From Iphione sp. A-MEVVRFRX5 (lineage: Eukaryota), in assembly GCA_976226885.1 (NCBI GenBank), contig OZ320316.1:63922001-63986000 (forward strand): DNA of 64,000 bases, written 5' to 3'. This document shows, one piece after another, positions 36,001 to 47,553 of the stretch (within the stretch, counting starts at the first letter, position 1; each line of letters opens with the position of its first letter). Both the position numbers and the translations under genes were made by a program. The notes under the pieces are model-generated. The model ran no database searches. It saw only the letters and a program-made list of their open reading frames with translations, and was not told where the DNA came from.

Positions 36001-39000
36001 ATTCTAAATAACAGTATTAGTGAAATACACTGTCCACACCAGCCAAGGTGGCTGGTGAGAACCAGCAGCCAGCTGAAAATAAGAATTCGAGTGCCACATG
36101 CAAAACGAATACATATACATTGACTTCTGAAAAACACCCCGAGGAACTTATATTCTTCCAAAACTTGACCGTAGTTGGTCCCTGCTAGGTCGTTACCCTC
36201 ACCATAATAAGTGAAGCAGTAGTGTAAACATTAATATTTATATGTATTACATCATTACTTATGCGTAGATATACATGCACCTAGAAAATGCACCCTTAGA
36301 TACCTTCCAAGGATGTACACCAACCATAACCTAAAAAAAATGAATTCCCAAACTGCACATGAGCATTTCTTGTGCTAGCCATCACGCACGAATCGATTTC
36401 ATCAATTGAACTGCACCCAGCCCACAATGAGATCACATCATGGTCGTTCCTTCGGGCTTGACCCCATCCACCCCACCAACCCCGCCACCCGCACCCCACC
36501 CGGCCGCGTGTCGGTGTTCCAGCTCTCACTGCATGCACTGCATTCCGCCAGGACGTCGCTCTGGGTGGCGGTTGGTCAATGGCCTACCTAATCTTTCCAC
36601 GAGGATGACCATTTCCATCATAGCCTGCCATGATAAGAATGGAGGCCGAATAGAAGTATGCCGATCAAGCGCCTCCTTTGCCGCGTATTTCTCAGAGCGA
36701 TTGGTCTAAATCAAAACGAGACCCGCCTCGCGACATGCGTGGGCTGTTGCCATTTGTACAACGGACTATTCATTAAAACAGTCGTCGTAGGGGGTTGGGG
36801 TTGGGGATGGGGGATGGCAGGTCCTGGGGGCCAATAACCAAATTCCTTTCGTTCTTTTTGGTCTGCATTGGAACGTCAGGTGCAGTTCGGAAACGAAAAC
36901 GTGTCCGTCTGTAATCAGATTCATCATCGATGTAAATTACGCTGATAGGAGGAACACCATTAAAACTTGCTCCCCATCACCAGGCCCCGGTGCCCCATCA
37001 CCCCAATCATGGCACACAAAAGGCGCCATAATGAAGTAGATTACAGCCGGGCATGCAGGATCTCACAGCTTCAGTAAACAGTGTCCCTTAAAAGGTCACT
37101 AACCGGCCGACATGACGCTTCTGCCTGGGCCTAGGAAAAAAATTAGTCCGACTGGGGGAGAAAAAGACCCGAAATAGACCCTACACAAGCTGTTTCCACG
37201 TGTCCAGCAGTCTCCAGCATTTCCGCCTAAAATCGGAATAACCAGGTGGTCCTGCTTTAAAAGATTGCCGGAAATCATTAGCTGGCTTTCCTTTCAAAAA
37301 CGAAACGAGCGCGTCATCAATCCTGGGACTAATTTGAGTGTCACTATCCTGCGTACGGACGAAACTATTAAATCACTATCCATGAGTTACTTTTTACGGC
37401 ATATACTGGGAAACAAGAAAAGCTCTATCTGGAGGCAGGAGTAATGGATGGTAGGAGTGACTGGGGCAAGGTGATTATCTGACCCAGATGGGTTAAGTTG
37501 GACGGGAAACACATGTCAACGTTTGTTGTTGCTGATCTTTTTTTCAAACAGAGGAGGGGAAAAACGCATGAGTAAAATGGAGACCTGCGATCGATTAATG
37601 GAGAAGCAATTAGTAGTATAATCTAAGTCTGGGGACCACTGTCACCTGCGTCCGGCAGGATGTGCCATTCCACGGTTTGGAGGGACTTTATGACTGCCTA
37701 GACCGTAGATCTAGGTCTATCACGGCCTATCGCCATGCTTCCAACCCACTAAGTCGTTAGGCGCCGATTTCCACAGAGGACCAATTAGGCAAGAAAACGC
37801 GATAGGCATTAGAATTCACCGTTGTTCTCTCGATGAGCACTTTTCTCAATGCCTCCCCACTCCCACCTGAAAAAAGGGAAATATATGACGGTAGGATATA
37901 TGACACAAGAAGACATGGTGCCCACAGCTTCCTATGAGATCCGTCTCTGCACGAATCACTCGAGCTATCAGGCCTCTTTTATTCTCCTCAGTGGATTGAG
38001 ATAAAGCACATTTCAATGGGACGTGGCACATGTGGACCTCGCCACCGCAGTGACCAATGAACTTCATGCTTTCGCAGGACAATTGCTCACTTTGCTTCGC
38101 CAGAAATCTCATAACAATAGCGCTTGCAGGTCTCATAAACTCATCTGTCATGGTCAATAACATTCCCAATCTTTCTGTTGCCTTTTTGTTTCAATGTGAC
38201 TCTTGGTGGGCCTTTCTCTTTGATGGGAATCTGCGATTTCCAGGGGTTCGGAAGAGGCCTGTGAGCCGCGCATCATCCATCATAATGCCACGGCGAGCGA
38301 GACACCCATGTCCGCCTGTGCATTATTTCTATATTTAACTTTCAATGCCAAGAATATTTAAGTTCAATATTCACCCCCGACAAAAATATCCAATAAGTTC
38401 AATGGAAAATTTAATTACGTTGTGAGTGATGTGGGTCTTATCAGAGCTGACGTGAAAAATAAGCTTTCGCTAGGTGGCCTCATATACAGCGGGGAGATGG
38501 CTGTAACCAAGTACATAATGTAGTCGCGAGAAGTCCTTTTTTCCCTGGTGATACAGAATGGGCTGTTTCCTGCACGGCTCACCTGTGGTGACATACAAGC
38601 GGGCAATAATTGTTCTTTTGCACGCAAGAGTGAATATAAATAAATACCTGTATACACCTTAAATTGCTTTCCCTTTCGTTCGGTTATCGTAATCACTTGT
38701 CACATTGATGCACAGGTACATTTATTTGATACTTGTGTAGTTAGTTATTCAGAGAGGTATTTGTTTTGGCCCATTCTTCGTCGATGTCCCTTGTAAGGTG
38801 AGTATCAAATCTGCTCCGGTGTGAAAAAAATATTTATTGATTCAATGGCAGCCAATGACCTTTAAGTGTTTCCATTCAATTATTATTGAATTACCGATTT
38901 TTATTATTTAATAACTTATTATTCCTTAACATGTGATCTTTGTCGGTGAGCGGGGTGGACAAGGCTACCAGGCTCTCCAGCTGGCAACACCTTAAGTCGA

Positions 39001-40600
39001 ATTAAGCCAATGCTATAGTAGAAAACCAGAATGATGGTGCGGAGGACGTTTAAACTATTCACGAGCAGCTGGGTGTGCCAAAATCGACTTTGTTTTCCCA
39101 CTGGTTTCATGCTCCAGCCGGTCCCTTCTCGTGCTAGCCCTGATTGCAAACAGTTCCCTGTAGGCGATCAGGCTACCCCCCCCCCGGCCCCTCAGTTCTC
39201 AACCTGAAGACCCACCCCATGCAACCACCACCCGCCAAGCGGCTTTGCTTGAGCCGTATACAACACTAATTCCCATTTACCCAATTAGGTCTTGAATTAA
39301 GCCATCATGTCTTTTATTCGCTTCTATATTTAAGAGATGAATGGCCGTGGCTAATTGTATGAAGGTGTGCAGCCCGCTCCGTCAGCTAAACAACACAAAG
39401 CCTTCGCCTTTGTAAATGGGCCGTTACTTTTTCATTCATACACATAATGGTTCGATTCTGGAAAAAAAAATCTTGAACAGTTTCTATTTCACCTCTAAAA
39501 TACATCACCTCTAAATGTATTATATATGTTCAGCGTACATCTAAAAGGGATGTGATTTGTTATATTGAAGACTAACAATTTAACGATAAAATTAGATCTC
39601 CTACATGATTGAGAGGGGCTGTTCGCTGCCTTAAGGAAAAGAATGTTTCCAATATTGATTACTTAGTACTTAAATCGATAACTGTAACTACTTGTATTAC
39701 ATACTACTACGGGTACCGACTGAAGCAAGGTTCCTGTTACCTAGCAGTAGCACGGTACGTAGATTTTGTGGTACACAGTACTCCATCAAGTTCATGATTT
39801 ACGCCCACATAACTACACACAGCGCCGTGGGTTGGCACTACAGCAGTACCAAAAATATCTCTTATGTTTTGCTCAAGTCGCAGTTTTTCCATCCAGTCCA
39901 CCAATGGACTCGCTAATCAGAGTACATGTATTTGCAGGTATTCCTTATGTTTTTTCTGGGTAAGAGGAAGCATTAGGATCCCTAAGTGTATCTTCTTTTC
40001 CTTGAAAGCCCTTCTTCCCCCTGCCAGCTACCTCATAAAGAGGAGACATTCTTTATGGATAGTATGAATATTATGGCCACCATATGTCTAATGCCAAGAC
40101 ATTTACATATGTATTTACTTTGGAAAGATGCCCATACTTTGTATTCTCTCAGATGTGAGCGTTCCCGTTCTTCCATTAGGATGACATACTGAACACCAGG
40201 CCTTGTTTCAAATCTGGGAATGCCAGATTCAATAGAACTAAGTGTTCATTAATGGAAGGGAACGACAGCTGTTCAGATGTAACTGGATCATTATTCCTGA
40301 ATTAGCAGCTTTTTCCCCCCAAACCCCTCTCCCTTCCAACGATATTGAGCCTATCAGTGTCAGTCGTTGAATAACTTTCTACTTCACTGTATATTGTACA
40401 TGTACTTTGTCCAAGGCTGTATTTGGAAAACATGGCACTCAGGCCAGTTTCCATATTTGGAATAGGGCTGCGTTGCTAACTGTTTGCTGTTATGCATTTG
40501 TAAAGAACAACGCACGAATGAATTTTGATTGCATATGCAGTCCCATCTGTAGGGAATTTGAGGTGTAAAAAACCTGATTTGCATCGAATTTGAGGACTAA

Positions 40601-41226
40601 GGCCCAGTTTTCATGTGTACGAGTTTTTCCTCATATTCCAGACTGCATGGTAAAAAACAAACCAATGACTACCAACAGGGTGGTTTCCATGTGTATGGGT
40701 CTCCAGGTCCATGGTACCGGTCCGCAGAAGTCCAGAGATCAAAAACGGACAATGTTTCTTTTTTTTTATCGGACCACAGACACCTACAGACCAGTAGTGT
40801 AGAAAGATGGACATTTTTCAGATGGATACACTTTGTCTATCACATGATAGATGATGTGAAACATTTGAAAATTTGCATATCATTTGCATTTTTAAAAACT
40901 AAGTTTACACAGATTTGAATGGAATTTCTTGAGATCTATGCAAAAAAAACTCAGTTTACACAGGTTTGGATGGAATTTATTGCGATCTACACAAACAACT
41001 TGCAGTTTACACAGACTTGGTAAGAATGTCTTCAGATCAGCAGTATACATCTATCATAGATTCTATAGATTTATCATAGATTCTTGACCACTCAGCCACC
41101 ATGCAGCTACTCATACACATGGAAATCCCCTGTGCATGATCGCCTGGAAATGTCTGTAAAATTGGCCAAATTCTCTGGACTTTCATGTATATGGGAAATG
41201 AATCTGGACATATGGAAACCAGGTCC
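40601..41226. mobile_element. Non-autonomous TIR element with nested inverted repeats
   Basis: Outer pair GGCCCAGTTTTCATGTGTAC / rc GGACCTGGTTTCCATATGTCC with TAA/TCA flanks. Inner pair CAGGGTGGTTTCCATGTGTATG (40676-40697) / rc CAGGGGATTTCCATGTGTATG (41112-41132). Confidence 0.6.
40902..41038 (+). repeat. 51-bp tandem repeat, about 2.7 units, inside the TIR element
   Basis: AGTTTACACAG starts at 40902, 40953 and 41004, each followed by ..TTG..GAAT..GATC. Confidence 0.8.
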
Positions 41227-43310
41227 TCACATTCAGCCTGTTTCTAAACCTATCTGCCATGCCATACTCATGCATTTGTCTGTGTGTGCACTGCACTGTG
41301 TTAAATTATCAGGCACGGCTCAAACTGGGCGATGCATACACATGCATACATGCAATGCACCGTACGAATGGGAATCCACTCATTGATTATGGTGTGCTCT
41401 ATAAAAAAAGAATGGAACACAACACATAGAGACAGAACCCCGTGGTCATGCAGATGTGGAGACTGGCCTTTAGCTCTAGTGCCAAGTCATGCGTAAACTA
41501 TCAGCACTGATCCTGTGCAGATGATGATAACGTCAACGTCACAATTGATGGACCGAAGATACTGCGACCACCAGGTAGCATGTAAATGTGCATGAATATA
41601 CACATATGTGCATCATGGCAGATTGATTCCTGCTGTTACTTGGTTAGCCTGTCCCCCGGCACAAACCTCCGCAATCTGATCTGAACAAACACCTCGCCAT
41701 TTTTCTTTGATAGACCCTTTCGTATTAACCGTTTCCGGGTGACAGTTGGCTGGCATTCTATTAAGGTGATAAATTTGCTATAAATCACACGGAGACCTTT
41801 AGATCAGTTTCCGCGCTTGGCACAGTGGGACGTGGTGCTGGGACCGCACTCCTACACCGGGTCACCTGCCCCTGAAGTCCGCCAGGGGGCACCCCAAGCC
41901 GTGTGCGTGACCTCTGCAACTACACAAGAACAGCATGACACCCGCATCCCTTTGATGCATGGTGCGGTCCCCATGCCCCTTTCCACCTTTTGTCCTGCAG
42001 TTCCTGAGTGGCCTCCCACCTTCCGACCATTTTCCTTTCGCCACGAGATAAACGGGGGCTCAAACGGACTCGACAACTGCAGGATCATTTGCTTCCTCTG
42101 ATTTTCATCGCCCCCATGCTGGCGGCTTCTTCTGAGCCTCAGAGTGCTGCTGTCTAAGTGGATCCCGCCGTCGCCGCCACCATAAAAAGAACAGCCCGTG
42201 TAGAAAATTGACGCACAATGGTCAGTGGGCGCAACTTTGCACGGGGCTCCCGCCAGACGGCGCGGCGTGCAGCCGCCTGCTTTGAGGAGGTTTGGGGGGG
42301 GGGAGGGGGTCCTGCAGGACGCGCGAACAGGAAGGGCAAGGTTACATGGACGAACCCACCGGATCCTCAACTGGGAGACTGACAGCCAGGCCGAAGGCTG
42401 CGCTCAATGAGGCCCGCTACAGTGATCGTTGTACGTGAGGACATATGCGGTGGGAGGCGCACAAGGCTTAATCATTTGTGTCAAGAAACACCCGAGTGGA
42501 GGCTTGTTTGATGAGGAGCTTCTGCTACCGTCCGCCTCTGCCCGGTCACAGCACGCCAGCAGCCGCCGGTAGCGAGCCAATAGCGTCGAGAAGGCAATAA
42601 AAACCAATTGGAACACCAATAGAAGAGCCAGCTGCGTAAAGAAGCTTTTTCCCGCCTACTTCTGCTGCCGTTTTTTCACAGTATCTCCTTACACGCAAAG
42701 CATTTGTTTCAACACCGGACTGTTTAGTTATCATTTTTACGCTGTATATGCTAAACAGCTGTGGAAGACTGCCAATGAACTGGTATACCTATTTTATGCC
42801 GTTATCTATCTCGGAAAAAACTGCTAACCTGAAAAAAACTGACCACTAGCTTCTTTCATTAGCACCTCTGCTTTGTACATTTATACGCGGAAATATACCT
42901 ACAGAATCACAGACAGATAAGAAAACGCTGCATTCGTTGACCATACATGTACGTCCACATTATCTGGAGAAGGACTGCTGATATTTGCCTTGTTTGTATT
43001 TTGGATACGTGTCAATTATTTCACGTCACAGAGTTCTATGTACCAAATGCGCTATTTTTTAATGAAACTGAAGGAAGCCAGCTGAACTAAAAGTCCTTTG
43101 TTTCATCTAAACGTAATGGAATGTTATAGGTATAGAAAAAAAGCAGGGGTACATTAACACCACTGATATTTTGTTATTAGTGCTTTGTGACAAACAGATA
43201 GAAACATCGCCGGTGACTAACCTGTCACGCGTCTATCATTTTCCATGTCCTGACCATACGCACTGATTCCAGGGGAACGATAAAGGGCAACTCACATACA
43301 AGTCCGTTAA

Positions 43311-43555
43311 GGGACTATTCACATGTAAATGTATGTACATGTCTGTCTACGTATGCAGAGACATAGACAACCCCCTGTACTATGGATTTTAACTACTATC
43401 ACATACATGTATTAACCAGATGTCTCTGTCCTATTGCTTCCTATGGCCTATACATCCATAGATGTAGAAAATCCCTCCCAGGCCGGTTTGTAATCTATGT
43501 GTGTGCATCCATAGACGTAGGCAAATACATGTACGTGTACATCTGAATGCTTTCA
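43311..43555 (-). mobile_element. PIF/Harbinger-like MITE (family A), inverted copy
   Basis: TAA + GGGACTATTCACATGTA ... TACATCTGAATGCTTTCA + TAA. Core present as reverse complement ACCAGATGTCTCTGTCCTATTGCTTCCTATGG at 43415-43446. Confidence 0.65.
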
Positions 43556-45349
43556 TAAGGTTAGTATGACTAAGTAAAATAAGTCTACGAATCCGTAGCC
43601 GTATACGTAGGAAAACGAATACATGCACATTAGTGTCGGAGTGTGGAAAGTATCCGACGTCCAAAGAGTGAGTACGTAGGTCGGATTAGCCAGCGTGTAA
43701 AGTGAATCCTAAATGCTCTGACATTCTATTGGAAGTTTTATTTAAGGTCCCTGGCGGTCGCTTAAGAGGAAGGATAGACACTGCCTTTGGTTCCTAACTC
43801 ATCTAATCCTTGAAAAGTCTATGCTTTGAAGAAAAATCCGCACCAGACATTCTGCACTACGGCTCGATAGATTTGCTTGGACTGCTGCATTTTTTATACT
43901 TGCGACATGATGTCTCCCGGGCAAATCAATCAATTGCAATCTACTTTTGAAATAACGTTATAATTCCAGTAGATTCATAGCCGACATTCAAAAGCGGACC
44001 ACTCAGTAAGCAAAGCCTAGTACAATGCGGTGCTACCACCTCACCAAGTCTTGATTTCTACAAGGGCAATAGCAAGAACAGCAGTCCCCAACGGCCCCAT
44101 TATCTGCATCGCCCAGCTATTGTCTTGTTCATTTGCATGGGCCTAACAAAAGCCAGGTCTCAAAACAAAGGTGGGCGGGAAGGAATATCCATTCAAATTG
44201 GATTGATTCGCCGGCAACACAGACACTTTCCAACACGCGCCCCAATCCATCAAAGGCGGATCCAAGGGTCTGGTCCAACAACCCGCTTCAAATACGGCGG
44301 CACAATAGGCCTTGTCGGGCATCTTGCTAATTCTTGAAAATCGTACCGCACGCATATGGAAGTTCCACATTCATATAAGATACGCTACACTACACACTTC
44401 TGTTGGGATCAATGACCCTGGAGGTGCTATGATTTATATTAATACAGCCTAAGTATTGACTGGATACCTATATATATATTATATATACAACGACCTGAAA
44501 TAACGTATGACCTCTTATCATAATTTAGCATTATATATGCTCTTCCCAGAAACCGTATCACATGGACGTCACTCACTATACACATCCAGCTAGTGTCGTA
44601 GTTGTTTTTTTAACCCATGTTGATATAAGGCTGTTAAGGTTGCATGCAACATCGGGGTTGAAAAGTGCAGCCTGTTTACTCGCCATAGATCCTGTGTGGG
44701 TTGTTCCCGCGCCCTACGCAACCAAGCCTACTTCTTGTAGGCAGCAACTCCGTCCCGTTGGCCTCAAGTGACACCTTAAAAGCCTACATGTCACGCACGC
44801 TATGTAAACGACTAATTTAAAGACAACAACAAGCGACCCGATTTCGCGGTCAGAGATTTGGTGGGATTAGTGGTGAGGTCGACAAAAAAGTCACGTGGTC
44901 CGCAACACGGACGACGCGTCCTCCGAGCCCCAACAAGTGGCTCTCCAAATAAGAGGAAACACGGGCTAAATGGACGAATTGACCACCTGCCAAGGGCTCG
45001 TCTCAGTTCTTGTCCCTAGACAAGGCGCCTCTAAAGTGGTGCTGAGTTTGAGGAGGCCCTGTGTTCCTTCGGGGAAAGTTCGACAACCTCCACCGTCTCT
45101 GCAGGCGAAGAAATACTTGGACTTACTGACGTACGGTGCACATTGAAAACAGCGGCCGAGACTTGAGTCGAAATTCGGCGGTTTGTATTAAAAGGGTGGC
45201 TGTATGTGCATAACACCTTTTAATACGTGTGCTTCAATTCGGTTACCCTTCCCATGCCACAAATTTCTGAGGGCACCTTTCTTAATCCCATAAATTAAAC
45301 ATACCTTAATACTGTTATGCTTAATCTGACCAGGTATCAATTTCTTTAA

Positions 45350-45598
45350 GGCTAAATTCCCATGTAAACATGTCTTCACAGGCATGTGGACGTGTTTTTG
45401 GCCATAATGTTAAAAGGAAGAGTGTATCCATGTAAGCAGGTAAGCATGTAATGTGTTTTCACAGGCGTGCTGGCATGTTTGGAAATGGGAATTGTCCCAT
45501 TTTCGCCATGAACATAATTATGCACATGGAAATTTATGATTCTCCACATATATTCCCATGCGTTTCGTGATATATACATGTACCTGTAAACAGATTTT
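45350..45598 (-). mobile_element. Degenerate family A-like MITE
   Basis: TAA + GGCTAAATTCCCATGTAAAC left end, GTACCTGTAAACAG right end, and a partial inverted core (ATGTGTTTTCAC). Confidence 0.4.
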
Positions 45599-47501
45599 TA
45601 GAATATATTGACCAACATATCAACATCCTTTGGAAATCTAGCGACCAGTAAATATTTATAATTTATACTAAATGTTGAAATTTGATTAAATTCATTATAC
45701 AAGTACGGTGAAAACGGGGTTATTCGCCCAGACTATTCAGTCCCGGGAGATTTCTACCCCTGGAGCCACCGTTGCTTTATGGCCATATGTCCCGAAAGGC
45801 GCCAACATCCACGCACCATTCACATGCAAGGCGCGAACATTGTGAGCATGCGGCGGTACTGACAGTGAGGTGAAGAGAATGAAGTGAATGGGACCGACTG
45901 GTTCCGCTCTGTCGGAGTCCCTGTCCCCAATCTCATTCATAGACGGAGAGGCGTAGGAAATCGCGACTGTCCTACTGAGTGCCTTGCTGGGCCGGATGGG
46001 GGTGGATTCAATGACTGCTAGTACCGACCGCTGGTCGGCGCTACAAGGCTCTAGAATCCTCAGTAAAGGTCAGTGGCACCCCCCAGCAGCCCCCCTCCCC
46101 CACTTTCCTTAACAACCTTTCCCCTTGTGTTTATTTAACACGGATCTTCAGGTTTCTGGATCAATACGATCCTCCGGAAAGAGCAGGTTCTCGGAGGACC
46201 CCACTGTTCTTGCTGGGGAGGGGGGGGGGGGCGGGAGGATAGCCAGGAAAGAAAAGATCCAGCCAAGCCACCCAAACACCTTTCCCCGCCTTCCTCCTCT
46301 TCTCCCAGCGCGATCGGTGATAATTCAGGTGATTCCCATCGGTAGAAATAGTGAAAAGAACCCCTGCAAACACAATCGTGCGTACCCGCGGTCTGTCGCT
46401 GGTGAGGCGAGCCTCCCTGGAGCGCGCCTACCCTGAAGATTTGCGTGTTCGGGTGTCTGTATGCAATCAAGCCGGCCATTGGAACCACGTGAGCAGCAAG
46501 CGTTGAAATGTCCCTCGTGTCTTCGGAGACTGGTCCCAAGCGGCCATGCATCATGCTATCATAATAACGTCGAGTTTCCTGCTAATAAACACGTTCCCTC
46601 TGCCAGGAGCATGGGGGAGTGACCTTATGTTTGACCAGTCACCTGTGGGCAGCCGTCCCGGGCGAATTACTGGGGGGAATTGACGTATGGACGTACAGTT
46701 CAGATAAATTGCTAACGAGTGGTCATGTACAAATTTAACAACTGAAGTAAATACGAACTGTCTGACTTTGTACACCCTCCAGATAATTCGCATTCCTCAT
46801 ATATACGTACTTGTACTTGAAAAAAAATTAATTTCGCGTCTAGATTACCTAACCGCTTCTGCCCGTTCACACCATTTACGGATTACCCATCGGGCGGGCA
46901 GCCTTTTATTTGCGAATGGCTAACCACACAATCGCCAGGCCGCGGATGAAAACCGGCGGTGCCGGTGTGGGGCCATTCTGTTATTTTCCTGGTGACATAT
47001 TAACACGTCGTCCTGCACTTGAAAACTGCAGGTCCCATATTTGCTATGAGATCGATTGGGCTTGATTCCAGATCGGTCATATTAAGTTAGCTTTCTGGCC
47101 GCATCCCGTAAGCCGCACGTTTATCGCACACCACGCAACGGTCGCCCCCCTCCGTGCTATTGTGGACAGTGGCGCCAAACTGGACCATGCCACGGGGTGG
47201 GTGGGTGGGGGGGGATCCTTATCCAGCCAAGAAGAGGCGGGGGGGGGGGGACAGAGAAGGCGCTGGACCGTTTACAAACGAGACCTCCTGGTGCCGCAAA
47301 AGACCACACTCGAATACGCCGAAATCCTCCTGTCTAATGGCGTCTTGCAGTGTACACGAAAACCTTTCTGTGACCTTCTTGGCGATTTAGGAATGGAGAA
47401 CCGTTTGGCAAAACGCCTACGTATATTCACAACAAACGGCGTAATTTTCCTAGAACGCGGCATCGGGCAACGGGCCTGTATGTTTTCGAGATGCAATATA
47501 A

Positions 47502-47553
47502 TAACCCCGGGAATATAATTGAGACATTAACCCCGGGAATATAATTGAGACAT
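47502..47553 (+). repeat. Exact 26-bp tandem duplication
   Basis: TAACCCCGGGAATATAATTGAGACAT twice. Confidence 0.9.

Noticed and set aside
10151-41038. ~30-bp and 51-bp repeats as possible CRISPR arrays
   Set aside because: Head-to-tail degenerate units with no unique spacers, no cas genes and a eukaryotic context.
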